Source of the DNA: an uncultured Acidobacteriota bacterium
GTDB taxonomy: Bacteria; Acidobacteriota; Thermoanaerobaculia; UBA5066; DATFVB01
DNA length: 64,000 nucleotides
Reading direction: 5' to 3'
NCBI GenBank assembly: GCA_963813155.1
Contig: CAWEYG010000001.1
Location: 576,001 to 640,000, forward strand
Shown here: one piece after another, positions 23,150-32,740 of the stretch
Layout of the letters: the number at the start of each line of letters is the position of its first letter
Numbering within the stretch: position 1 is the first letter of the stretch
Program-made: the position numbers and the translations under genes
Notes under the pieces: generated by a model
What the model saw: only the letters and a program-made list of their open reading frames with translations
What the model was told of the DNA's origin: nothing
The model's database searches: none

Positions 23150-23912
23150 AACGCTCGTCGTCGACGACGAACCGCTCGCACGCCGGACGCTTCGGGACCT
23201 CCTGGCCCGCGATCCGGGGTTCGAGCTCGCGGGCGAGTGCTCCGGCGGGGAGGAGGCCGTCGAGCTCGTCGGGGCGCATCGCCCCGACCTCGTCTTTCTC
23301 GACATCCAGATGCCCGACGTCGACGGTTTTCAAGTCATCGAACGAATCGGCGTCGAGCAGATGCCCCCGGTCGTCTTCGTCACGGCCTTCGACGAGTATG
23401 CCGTCCGCGCGTTCGAAGTGCAGGCTCTGGACTACCTGCTGAAGCCGTTCGACGACGCCCGGTTCTTCCAGACCCTCGCGCGCGCCCGCGAAGAGATCGA
23501 AAACCACGACAGCCGAACCCTCTCCGAGCGCCTCGCCGGACTCCTCCAGGAAAAGGCAGCCCCCGCGCAACGGCCCCTGTCCCGGATCGCGCTGCGCTCC
23601 TCGGGAGGGAAGATCGTCTTCGTCCAGGCGTCCGAGATCGACCGGGTCGAGGCGGAGGACTATTACGTTCGCCTTCACGCGAGCGGCGCCTTCCATCTCT
23701 GGAGAGTCTCGATGAACGCTCTCGAAAAAAAGCTCGATCCCGCGAAATTTTTCCGCATCCACCGGTCGGCGATCGTGAACCTCGACTTCGTGGAGGAAAT
23801 TCACCCGGGCTTTCAGGGCGACGCCTTCGTGCAGCTGCGCGACGGCACGAGGCTTCCTCTCGCCCGCAGCCGTCGCGCCCGCCTCCGGGACCTCCTCGCC
23901 GAAAAGAGCTGA
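23139..23912 (+). CDS. LytTR-family response regulator
   Basis: VVDDEPLAR, FLDIQMP, FVTAFDEYA, FFRIHRSAIVN. Confidence 0.95.
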   Translation: MRIRTLVVDDEPLARRTLRDLLARDPGFELAGECSGGEEAVELVGAHRPDLVFLDIQMPDVDGFQVIERIGVEQMPPVVFVTAFDEYAVRAFEVQALDYLLKPFDDARFFQTLARAREEIENHDSRTLSERLAGLLQEKAAPAQRPLSRIALRSSGGKIVFVQASEIDRVEAEDYYVRLHASGAFHLWRVSMNALEKKLDPAKFFRIHRSAIVNLDFVEEIHPGFQGDAFVQLRDGTRLPLARSRRARLRDLLAEKS

Positions 23913-23925
23913 ACGCCCCCGCGTT

Positions 23926-23977
23926 CCATTCGCTGCAGCGCCGGGGCGATTCGCGGCACGAAACGACCCGTTCCCGG
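23926..23977 (+). promoter_or_regulatory. Putative LytTR triple direct-repeat site
   Basis: CCATTCGCTG (23926), CGATTCGCGG (23947) and CCGTTCCCGG (23968), exact 21-bp period. Confidence 0.6.
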
Positions 23978-24066
23978 ACAAACCGTTTCCCCCGCGGGCG
24001 CCCGGACGTTCAATCAAACGCGGGCGAAGCGGAAATCAATCCGCCGCCGTCGGCTCGGAGGTAGCC

Positions 24067-24897
24067 ATGAACACGTTGAGGAAAATGGTCCAGGCGATCC
24101 TGATCGCGGTTCCCCTGCTTCTCGCGGCTCAGCCCGCTTCGGCCCTCGCGGGGGCGGGCTCGGTCCAGGCGCAGAAGAAGCAGTACGTCTGCCCGATGAA
24201 AGAACACACGGCGGTCTTCGACAAGCCGGGAGAGTGCCCGGAGTGCGGCATGGCGCTGATCGAGAAGGATGCCCCGAGAAACGTCGCCATCCTGATCTTC
24301 GACCACGTCAAGTCGATCGACTGGACGCCCGAGTACGAGATCTTCAGCAACGCGAACTACAACGTCTACACCGTCGCTCCGGAAAAGAAGCCGGTCAAGG
24401 CGCAATTCGGGCTGCAGGTCATTCCCGACTACGACTTCGCGAGCGCGCCCGCCCCCGACGTGCTCATCATTCCCGGCGGCGGCGAACACCAGGCGGCGCT
24501 TCCCGCCCCCTGGGCGCACGGCCTTCCCATTCCGGACGATCCGAAGATCCTCGGCTGGGTCCGAAAGAGCGCCGAGCACGCGAAGGTCGTTCTGTCCGTC
24601 TGCAACGGGGCCTTCACGCTCGCCCGGGCGGGCCTGCTCGACGGGCGCTCCGCGACCGCCACGCGCAACCTCGTGGCCTCCCTGTCCCAGGCGGGACGCG
24701 AGATCCGGCCGGTCGAGAACCGGCGGTGGGTGGAAGACGGGAAGTTCGTGACGTCCGGCGGGGAAGCGGCCGGGATGGACGGCGCGTACCACGTTCTCGC
24801 GATTCTCGAAGGCGAAGAAGCCGCCGCGCACCATGCCCGGGGCATGGAATACCGATGGGACCCGTCGGGAAAAGACGAGCCGCGGCCGGCTCGGTGA
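24067..24897 (+). CDS. Secreted DJ-1/PfpI-family protein with an N-terminal heavy-metal-binding motif
   Basis: Signal peptide; YVCPMKEH...PGECPECGM; DVLIIPGG; SVCNGAFTLARAGLLDG. Confidence 0.85.
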   Translation: MNTLRKMVQAILIAVPLLLAAQPASALAGAGSVQAQKKQYVCPMKEHTAVFDKPGECPECGMALIEKDAPRNVAILIFDHVKSIDWTPEYEIFSNANYNVYTVAPEKKPVKAQFGLQVIPDYDFASAPAPDVLIIPGGGEHQAALPAPWAHGLPIPDDPKILGWVRKSAEHAKVVLSVCNGAFTLARAGLLDGRSATATRNLVASLSQAGREIRPVENRRWVEDGKFVTSGGEAAGMDGAYHVLAILEGEEAAAHHARGMEYRWDPSGKDEPRPAR

Positions 24898-24910
24898 TTT
24901 CGGGGATCTT

Positions 24911-27170
24911 CTAGGACCGGCGGCGCAAGGCGGCCCCGGCGGCGAGGACCACGAGAATGGCCGCCGAGGCCGCCGAAACGGCGAGCCCCTCGCGAAAACC
25001 CGGCGGGACATAACGGCATTCGACGACGGTATCCCCGGCCGGCACGCCGACGCCGAGAAATGCCCCGTTGATCATCGATACCGGCAGGGGGCGGCCGTTT
25101 CCTTCCGCGCTCCATCCGCCGTCGTTCGATTCCGCCAGCACGAGCATTCGGGGAGCGCTCGCGCTCACCCGGAGGAGCACTCGATTCGGGTCTGCCCAGG
25201 TTTCGGCGGACACCGACGACGATCCGGCGAATTCCTCGCTCGCGCCGACCCGGTACGCCGTGCGCCGGAAATCGCCGGCCGCCGACAGCGCCGACAGCAG
25301 CGCGGCGCGGTCCCGCAAACCGACGACGCGATCCGGCAGGAAAGCGCGCTCGGAGGCGATGCTCGAAATCCCTCCGGTCGCGGAATCGAGGATCGCCCGA
25401 ACGCCAATCGAGGCAAGAAAGGGGACGTTGACGCGGGTGATCCGCTGGAAGTACTCGCCGGGCCCCGTGTAGCCCGAAGTCGCCCTGAGAACCTCTTCGT
25501 AGCCGTACGGCGCCGTCGGGTCGTGGACACGCGGATCTTCGAGACCGTACATCGAGGCGATGCCCGTCATCTCGATCCCGGTCGCCGCGAACCGGCCCGT
25601 TCCGCTCATCTCACGCAAGCGCAGCACCATCGGCGTCGCCGGGTAGAAATCCCCCGCCGAAGTTCCCGGGTCGAATCGCGCGTCGATCCTCCCCAGATCC
25701 GCCGCAGTGCCCGCGAGAACGAGCGCCGCGAGCGGAAGCCATGCGAAGCGCCGCGCCCGGAGAAGAATCCCGCCGGCCGCGAGCAGGACCAGGGGCACCA
25801 GGAAGCTTCCGGCGCGGCGGATCGTGAAGAATTGCGGGTGGACGATTCGAAAGCGCAGGCCCAGGCCGATCACGACGGCGGCCAGCACGGCGAAGACGCC
25901 CGTCTGAACGCGCCGGGCGGACGCGTCGGTCCGAAGCCGGTCGAGCTGGGCCGCGGCGAGAAACGCCGCCGCGAGCGTGATCACGGTGACCGACTGATTC
26001 GCCGAAACGCGAATCACCGCCGCGCGGATTCCCGGAATCCTCAGCAGGAGCAGCCGGGCCGGAGGATAGAAAATGAAGATCGCGTACGCCGCGGCCGCGC
26101 GGCGCGACCAGCGCACCGACTTCGGCGCTCCGCGCCAGGCGAGCGTTCCGAGCGCGAGACCGAGCGTCAGGATGCCGACGTAACCGCCGGCGCGCCCCGC
26201 CATCGAGCCCGGGCCGATCGAGTCTCCGTCGCGCGGATTACCCTGCGCCTCGGGGACGACGAAAAAGGCCGCGCCCCTCCACCAGGGCGCCGGCCGGACC
26301 CAGTCGGCCGCGGAGAGCGGCGGCGGCGGGGAGTCGTCCGTGATGTGCGCCAACCCCGAGCGCTCCGATGCCAGGATCACCCTCGCGACGGGAACGAGGT
26401 AGGCCCCGGCCAGGCCCGCGGCGAGAAGGGCTGCGGCGGCCGCAAGTCCGAGGCGCTTCCATCGACCGGAACGGTCCGCGCGGAAGAACGACCGCACGGC
26501 GAAATATCCCGCGCCCGCAAGCGCGACGTAGAACTCTCCCTCCGCGTGCCCGCCGAGCAGCAGGAGGAACACGGAACAGAAGACCGCCGCGAAGCCTCCC
26601 CGTTCGCCAAGGGCGGTGCGATCGAGCGCGACGAGGCACCACGGAAGCAGGGCAAGCGGATATGTGTCGCGGGAAATGGAGGAACGCTCCGAAGTAGACG
26701 GAATATGCGAACGCGATTCCGCCAAAACTCGAGGCGAGCCGCGACCGGCCGTGGCGCCGGAGAAGAAGAAACGCCCCCGTGGCTGCCGCGAACAGCTTCG
26801 TGGCGGCAGCCAGCGCGAACGCCCAGGGCAGCGGAAACAGCACCGCGAGAAGCGTCGTCGGCGCCGCGGCCTGCGCCTGCATGTTTCCCCAGAGAGCCGT
26901 CCCGAGGCCGTTCGAGGGAAAACGGAAGGGCATCCGGCCGTGGCGATACGCGTCGGCGACCGCGTGCGTCCACGGCAGGAACTGCGTCGCCACGTCGGAG
27001 AGCTGCGGATTCACCTCCGCGGGCGGCGCGTCGGGAATCAGGCGGAAATCGACCGCCGCCGGAGCGGGAAGACGCCCCTGGAAAACCGGAAAGAACGAAA
27101 CGAACAGCGCGAAGAGCCCGAAGAAAAAGTAGACCGAATACCGGGCGAGCGCGATTCGAAAGATGCTCAT
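24911..27170 (-). CDS. YfhO-like polytopic membrane protein/glycosyltransferase (frameshift near 26670)
   Basis: SDVATQFLPW, GHAE, LAESNDGGWSA...YVPPGFREG; two overlapping ORFs join. Confidence 0.8.
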
Positions 27171-27269
27171 GCGGGCGGTCTCGCCCGGGATTATGCCTCG
27201 CGGCGCCGGCGATTGCGCCTCCGCGAGGTCCTCGCGGAGGCGCTCCGGGTTCAGGAATTCCCGTCCGGC

Positions 27270-28637
27270 TCAGTCTCCGTGCCGGGTGAACTGCGTGCTG
27301 GAATCCTGAGTCCGGTTGTCGACGGTCGGTCCGAAGAAGATCGCGCTTCCCTGCGTTACCGTGAGTCCGATCGATCCGGTTGCCGGAAGCGAGGCGACGC
27401 CCAGGAACTGCGCAGCGGTCGCCTGGGTGAAGAAATTCGCCGAAAAAGTCTTCGTCCCGGTCCCGACGAGCGTCCCCGACGCGTCCCAGATCGTGAACGC
27501 CACGGTGACCCCGTCGTCCAGCGTCCGAACGCCGAGATTGAACCGGTAGTTCACCGAGTCAAAAGGCAGGACGAACACCGCGTTGTCGCCGACCTGCAGC
27601 GCATCCGAGGCCCGGAAGGTCGGCTCGGAAAAGCCCGTGGTGCCTGCGGCGCCTCCGTCGTTGAAGATCCGCGCGACCGCGGTGGGGGCGGCGCCGGAGG
27701 TCGGGACCAGATCCGCGCTCCCGAGGCCCGACTGACCCATTGCGGGAAGAAGATCGCTGAAGTTGATCGTCTGCCATGAGCCGAGCAGGTAGCTCATCGA
27801 GGGGTCGCTCGGGCTCGCCGAAGCGCCCGCGGGGTGGAAAACGATGTTGCCTGCGATCACCGATCCGCCTCCGTTGGTCAGCTGCAGCTGGGTTCGGAAG
27901 TTGCTCCCGAACGCGCCCGCAAGCGAGCCGACGCCCGGAATCACGACAACGTCACCGGGGGTCGAGCTTCCCGCAACGGTCACGGAATAGCCCAGAGCGC
28001 CGGCGCACTGGTGAGAGTCGGTCGCGGTGATCGTGAACGTAAAGGTGCCGGTTCCCGTGGGGCCTCCCGAAAGGGCGCCGGTGGAGGCATTGATATTGAC
28101 GCCCGGCGGCAGCGATCCGGAGGTGACGGCGAAAGTGTACGGCCCCGTCCCGCCGGAAGCCGTGACCGACTGGTTGTAAGCGACGTTTTCGAGACCGCCG
28201 GGCAGCGTCGCGGGGGCGAGGCCGATCGTGGCGCAGCCGCTGGCCGCGGCAACGACGATCGTTCCGGTCATCCCCATCGTCGCCCCGTGGACCTGGCAGT
28301 AGTAATGAAAAGTCCCCGCGGTCGAAAACACGTGAGGGAAGTTCGCGCCCTGCGAGTACACGATGCCGGAATCCCAGATTCCATCCGACGTGCAGTAGGG
28401 CGAGCCGCCGTAAGCCCCGCCGCCCCCGCTCGAGCAGGTGCCCGAGGTCGTCGAGTGGCCGGTGTTGTCGGCGAAATGCCAGGTGACCGTGTCGCCCTGA
28501 TTGATGGTCGTCGTGGCGGTCTTGCTGTTCGCATCCGCGAAGTTGTAATCCGAGACGTTTACCGTTGCGTTCGCCGCCATCGCCTCCGCGCACGCCGCGA
28601 TCGCCAGGCCACTGAAGATGATTCTGAGTGTTCCCAT
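27270..28637 (-). CDS. Secreted protein with cupredoxin, putative Ig and C-terminal lineage-type domains
   Basis: GDTVTW...HSTT...YYCQVHGATMGM copper motif; GGTGPYTF...LPPG Ig repeat. Confidence 0.85.
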   Translation of the reverse strand: MGTLRIIFSGLAIAACAEAMAANATVNVSDYNFADANSKTATTTINQGDTVTWHFADNTGHSTTSGTCSSGGGGAYGGSPYCTSDGIWDSGIVYSQGANFPHVFSTAGTFHYYCQVHGATMGMTGTIVVAAASGCATIGLAPATLPGGLENVAYNQSVTASGGTGPYTFAVTSGSLPPGVNINASTGALSGGPTGTGTFTFTITATDSHQCAGALGYSVTVAGSSTPGDVVVIPGVGSLAGAFGSNFRTQLQLTNGGGSVIAGNIVFHPAGASASPSDPSMSYLLGSWQTINFSDLLPAMGQSGLGSADLVPTSGAAPTAVARIFNDGGAAGTTGFSEPTFRASDALQVGDNAVFVLPFDSVNYRFNLGVRTLDDGVTVAFTIWDASGTLVGTGTKTFSANFFTQATAAQFLGVASLPATGSIGLTVTQGSAIFFGPTVDNRTQDSSTQFTRHGD

Positions 28638-28743
28638 GTTTTGACTCCTCACGGAGAGGATTCTGAGGCCGTCTCCCTCGATCGGCGAGGTTCTTAGTCT
28701 CTCTTAATCCTCGCCGGGGTTGGGCCACGAGCGATCCGCATCC

Positions 28744-29139
28744 TCAACGTATCGAGCGGGTAGCGGTCTTGCCCTTTGGCGCGGCGAGGTTCTGCTTGAC
28801 CCGGAGCTTCGCGATCCGTTCGATCAGGTCGTACGGGATCGGCTCGTCGAGGGGAAATCGAAGGTTGCCCTTCTCCCCCGCATAGCGCGCGATCGCCTTC
28901 TCGAGCCGACCGTCGCCGCGGATCGGAGGGTACAGGCCGATGTGCTTCTTGAAGGCCGCGAAGTACAACAGCATTCCGTTCAGCTTGAACGCGGGCATCC
29001 GATAGCTGAGCGTCTCCTGCGCGCCGGGGGCGGCTTTGCGCACGACCTTTCGAATCCTCTGCAGGATCGCTTGGACATCCGGCGGAAAGGCCGAGATGTA
29101 CTCATCCACGCTCGCCGGGTTGCTCCTCGGCTTCGTCAT
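28744..29139 (-). CDS. DUF1801/YdhG-like protein
   Basis: VDEYISAFP, ETLSYRMPAF, FAAFKKHIGLYP, KGNLRFPLDEPIPYDLI. Confidence 0.9.
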   Translation of the reverse strand: MTKPRSNPASVDEYISAFPPDVQAILQRIRKVVRKAAPGAQETLSYRMPAFKLNGMLLYFAAFKKHIGLYPPIRGDGRLEKAIARYAGEKGNLRFPLDEPIPYDLIERIAKLRVKQNLAAPKGKTATRSIR

Positions 29140-29211
29140 CTTGCTTCCCTCGCGCATGAGCCGGATTATCCCATTGCGCAATTGCGAAATTTCAAATTGC
29201 GAAATTGGAGT

Positions 29212-29239
29212 TGGTCGCCCCAACGGGAATCGAACCCGT
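29212..29239 (-). repeat. Duplicated tRNA-Glu 3' end (att-like site)
   Basis: tggtcgccccaacgggaatcgaacccgt matches 34211-34238 at 27 of 28 positions. Confidence 0.9.
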
Positions 29240-29310
29240 CTCGGCCGCGAAGGCGCGGCAGACAAGCAGCCTTACACGCTGGGAGCCAGGGTTGTGTCTT
29301 GCTGTGGCTC

Positions 29311-29511
29311 TCATGGTTTCCTGGCCCCGGTCTGCCGACCAGCCAGAAATCCCAAGATCGCTGTGAGAATAGGCGCCGAAAACCCTACCAGTTCGCCTGA
29401 GCCGGGTGACGCGCCGAAACCGGTGAAGAGAATTACTGTCAAAAACCCGAGACCAAAGGCCGTTGCCAGTATGATTCCCACGACTGAATCGTCCCGACGC
29501 TTACAAGACAT
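29311..29511 (-). CDS. Small two-TM hypothetical protein
   Basis: VVGIILATAFGLGFLTVILF and LVGFSAPILTAILGFLAG hydrophobic helices; start uncertain. Confidence 0.45.
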   Translation of the reverse strand: MSCKRRDDSVVGIILATAFGLGFLTVILFTGFGASPGSGELVGFSAPILTAILGFLAGRQTGARKP

Positions 29512-29769
29512 CCTGAAATCCCGAAAACATCAAGAACTGGGTACTGCTCGACGACGCCAGGTCTGCATCTGGGGCTTCGAATCTCATACCTAAAATTATG
29601 AGGGACGAAGTCAAGCTAATTTCCTGAATGACTCTCTCGGAATGGGGCTCTCGGTTTCGCATCGTCGATTCCGATAATGCCGGACGAGCGAGGGCAAGAA
29701 ACCCATCAAAAATCAGAATTCGTTATTTGTCGGGTTTCCTGGTCGCCGACCATGTACCGGACGGCGTGG

Positions 29770-30783
29770 TTAGCCCGCCTTGCGGGGACGGCCAGGGCGG
29801 ACCAGAAACGAGAACTCGAGTCTCCGGAGCACGGCACGTACTGCGCGAGAGAATTTCGAGTCGTCGGGGACGGTCGAAAATCGCTTTGCCAGTTGTCTTT
29901 GTGTCCAACCGAAGGACCCGTCGTCGTTCTCTCCGAATAGTCGTAGCGCCGTCCATTTCACGTGTTCCTTATTTGGGGGTGCCGTCGTATCGACCTCGGA
30001 GAGATGGCGAGCTACGAATTGCCTGAAGGCTCTCCTGCACCCTTGTTCCCAGTCCTCGCGACCGATCATGTTCCCCGACCGCCAGTCGCGGAATGGGTCG
30101 AACGCAGGAAAGTCGAAAACGAATCGGGGTGCCGGGTCTGGTACCCCGATCCACCACGCCGGTTTCTCGTTGCTTCCCGAAAACGCCCCCCAGCTTTCAA
30201 AGCCTGCCCCGTCCAGTCTTCGCGCCTCCGAAAAAACCTCGCGGGCGTCTCCCTGGCGGACGATCGCTCCGCGGGGAAGTCCCTGCGGCCACTCGAATTG
30301 ACGATCAAATTTCAGAGGAGGGCTCGGCGATACCCGGCCCCATTGCGCAACCGTAGACCGAACAACCTCCACGAACCAAATCGGGTTGAATCGGTCTCGG
30401 CGGGTTCGTCGGACGTTTTCTTCCGAAATACCAGGAAGGCGCGCTTCGAGCCATCCCCAAAGAGCCTCCTGGCCGTCGGACTGGCGTTGTTTCGCCAGAC
30501 CATTTAGGTCCTCCAGCGTTCGAGCCTGAGGGTAGTCCGCCAACACGAAACGGTTGGAAAAAAATGGCGAAACGTCGCTACGGAGTGATTCAAGCGCCGC
30601 CGGGCAATGTTGCTCGATCGCGTCGAGAAATGCCTCCCGGTAGAAGAACGGTTCCTCGGTCTTCTTCAGCGCCGCCAAAGAACCTCCCCGCGTTTCTCCC
30701 CGCGGCCGAGGAATGAAGACGGGCGGAGCCGGCGCGGGGGTCCGGGTTTCGGAAGCGGGAGCTACCCTCTCCTCTCCGCCCAA
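29770..30783 (-). CDS. Hypothetical protein with a C-terminal HTH-like segment and AT-hook
   Basis: WTQRQLAKRF...FSRAVRAVL and terminal RPGRPRK; start uncertain. Confidence 0.6.
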   Translation of the reverse strand: MGGEERVAPASETRTPAPAPPVFIPRPRGETRGGSLAALKKTEEPFFYREAFLDAIEQHCPAALESLRSDVSPFFSNRFVLADYPQARTLEDLNGLAKQRQSDGQEALWGWLEARLPGISEENVRRTRRDRFNPIWFVEVVRSTVAQWGRVSPSPPLKFDRQFEWPQGLPRGAIVRQGDAREVFSEARRLDGAGFESWGAFSGSNEKPAWWIGVPDPAPRFVFDFPAFDPFRDWRSGNMIGREDWEQGCRRAFRQFVARHLSEVDTTAPPNKEHVKWTALRLFGENDDGSFGWTQRQLAKRFSTVPDDSKFSRAVRAVLRRLEFSFLVRPGRPRKAG

Positions 30784-30820
30784 GCTATTTTCGCAGGAAT
30801 GTCAGGGTCTCGCCAGGGAT

Positions 30821-31468
30821 TTAGAACGCGTCCTTGGCCTTCTTAATCTCCTCGCCTTTGGTCCTGTTGGCGATGGCTGCGAAGGATTCGGTAATAAACA
30901 GGACCGACGAGTGCTTGAGGTCGGCTCCATAGCGAGACAGCGTGACGGAGACGGCCCTACCTCTCCATTCGAGCGTTTCGTCGAGGTACTCGGCACCAAA
31001 AGCGTTCTGAAGTCTCCGGGACACACGAGGTGCTGTGGGCTGTCCATACTTCTCGATCATGACGGCCTCGATCGTCTCGAAGCTGGACGAATCAAATCCC
31101 CACGTGACCGCGACGAGGCTGCCCTCGTGGAAGATCATAGTGTCTTCGCAGGCGGTCTTGGCGACCGGCAACGCGAACCGGAGAGGCGGTAGGTGGGCGA
31201 CGCTGCCGGCAAGCGTGAAATGTCTCTGGCATGCCCGGACGGCAACGCCGAAATAGCGATTGCCCTTGCAATCAACCGTCGCGATTCGGTGGTCCGCACC
31301 CGGGAGCTGTGCGTCGGCTTCCCGGATCATCTGGACCGCTTCAGTTTCCCGCGTTCCCCACCGCACTCCCCGGTATCCGGTCGGCTCTTTCGTCCACGGC
31401 TCCGCGCTGAAAAGACGGCCCACCATGAGAGTCACAACGATTCCGATACCCATCTCTTCAATTCTCAT
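30821..31468 (-). CDS. Secreted hypothetical protein (paralog A)
   Basis: Signal-like N-terminus; WTKEPTGYRG, IEKYGQPT, ETLEWRG, KKAKDAF shared with the neighbour. Confidence 0.75.
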   Translation of the reverse strand: MRIEEMGIGIVVTLMVGRLFSAEPWTKEPTGYRGVRWGTRETEAVQMIREADAQLPGADHRIATVDCKGNRYFGVAVRACQRHFTLAGSVAHLPPLRFALPVAKTACEDTMIFHEGSLVAVTWGFDSSSFETIEAVMIEKYGQPTAPRVSRRLQNAFGAEYLDETLEWRGRAVSVTLSRYGADLKHSSVLFITESFAAIANRTKGEEIKKAKDAF

Positions 31469-31511
31469 CCTTCGGGTTCTCCACGCCGCATCTTCATCGC
31501 AAGATGCTCGA

Positions 31512-32201
31512 TCAAAACGAGTCCTTCGCTTTCTTCTGAGCGTCGGAGTCCGCTTGAGCTTTCTGTATGTAATACCCGAGATCAGAGAAGACGGCGCTAC
31601 CCTCGGTCACCTTCGAGCCGAGATTGGAGGCTGTCACGTAGATCTTCTCACCGGTCCACGACAGTGTCTCCCTCTGGTACTCCACGCCCATCGTCGTTTT
31701 GACCACGTCGTTTCGATTCTCGGTCGGTTGGCCGTATTTTTCGATGAAGGTTTCTTTTAGCTTCGGATAGTCGGTGGACGCAAAAGTCCAGCTGACCGAA
31801 ACGAGATGATCGTGAACGAAGAGCCAATGTTCCGACACCGAGACAGTGCCGATCACGAAACTGCCCAAGCAGCCGCGGTCCGCGTCCTTGGCCGCGCTAG
31901 TACCGCGGAAGTCCATGCAAAACGGCTTCTTCCCGATCACTTCCTTGACCTGCTGCTCGCTCGCTCCCATTGGCAGGCCGCGGTAGGCTGCCGGCTCTTT
32001 TCCCCACTTCTGGCCCGCCGCGGCGTTGGCGGCCAAAAGACCAGCCGCGACGATCAGAATTCTCGTCGGTCTTCGCTCCTGTCTAAACGGTGTCCGTTGC
32101 TCCCGACGACTCCCTCGCTTTTCCCCGCGAAACAGAGATCGGACTGACCGGGCGAGGGCCCGGTTCTGGACGAGCGGATCAGCCGCGGCTAGCGCGCTCA
32201 T
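31512..32201 (-). CDS. Secreted hypothetical protein (paralog B)
   Basis: WGKEPAAYRG, IEKYGQPT, ETLSWTG, KKAKDSF. The signal peptide begins near 32066, so the true start may be internal. Confidence 0.72.
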   Translation of the reverse strand: MSALAAADPLVQNRALARSVRSLFRGEKRGSRREQRTPFRQERRPTRILIVAAGLLAANAAAGQKWGKEPAAYRGLPMGASEQQVKEVIGKKPFCMDFRGTSAAKDADRGCLGSFVIGTVSVSEHWLFVHDHLVSVSWTFASTDYPKLKETFIEKYGQPTENRNDVVKTTMGVEYQRETLSWTGEKIYVTASNLGSKVTEGSAVFSDLGYYIQKAQADSDAQKKAKDSF

Positions 32202-32740
32202 TTCGATTGCTGCAGGGTCGTCATGACGCCGTCAGTAAAGTAGACATATTCCGAATCGTTCATCACCCACTGGTCTCGCCGGTGTTCGATGCCGGACAGG
32301 TCCTTGAAAATATCGGCGTTCACGCGCTGCGGTCGTCCCCATGCGGCGCGGACCTGCTCCGAGGTCATCCCGATATTGACCTTGTGAGCGGCGATCGTCG
32401 CGCAATCCTCCCTCGACCATCCTGGATGCTTCTTCCAAATCTTTCCGGCGGGCGTTCTTAGGAATGTCGCCTCCGCCTTTTCCTCTTCCTTCTTCGCCGC
32501 GGCGATTTCGGCGGGAGAGAGCGTTTTTTCGGGGAAGGAGTCGATCCTTGGGGTACTCGTTGACTGGTTCGGATGCGAAAACTGTCCGACAATCGCCGCG
32601 AGCAGCCCGAACCCAAGGATTCCCAGGCATCCGATAGCGAGAGGCGAGGTCTTCTTCTTGATAGGCCGGCCGCATTTCGGGCAGAACGCCGCGGCCGTCG
32701 AAACTTCCTGGCCGCAGTCGCGGCATTTCGCGAGGCTCAT
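32198..32740 (-). CDS. Zinc-ribbon membrane protein with a C-terminal BamE/SmpA-like motif
   Basis: CRDC...CPKCG, a TM helix, then IGMTSEQVRAAWGRP...QWV...YFTDG. Confidence 0.8.
   Translation of the reverse strand: MSLAKCRDCGQEVSTAAAFCPKCGRPIKKKTSPLAIGCLGILGFGLLAAIVGQFSHPNQSTSTPRIDSFPEKTLSPAEIAAAKKEEEKAEATFLRTPAGKIWKKHPGWSREDCATIAAHKVNIGMTSEQVRAAWGRPQRVNADIFKDLSGIEHRRDQWVMNDSEYVYFTDGVMTTLQQSK

Noticed and set aside
29212-29290. Second complete tRNA
   Set aside because: Only the T-arm and acceptor 3' strand are present; there is no matching 5' strand, D-arm or anticodon arm.
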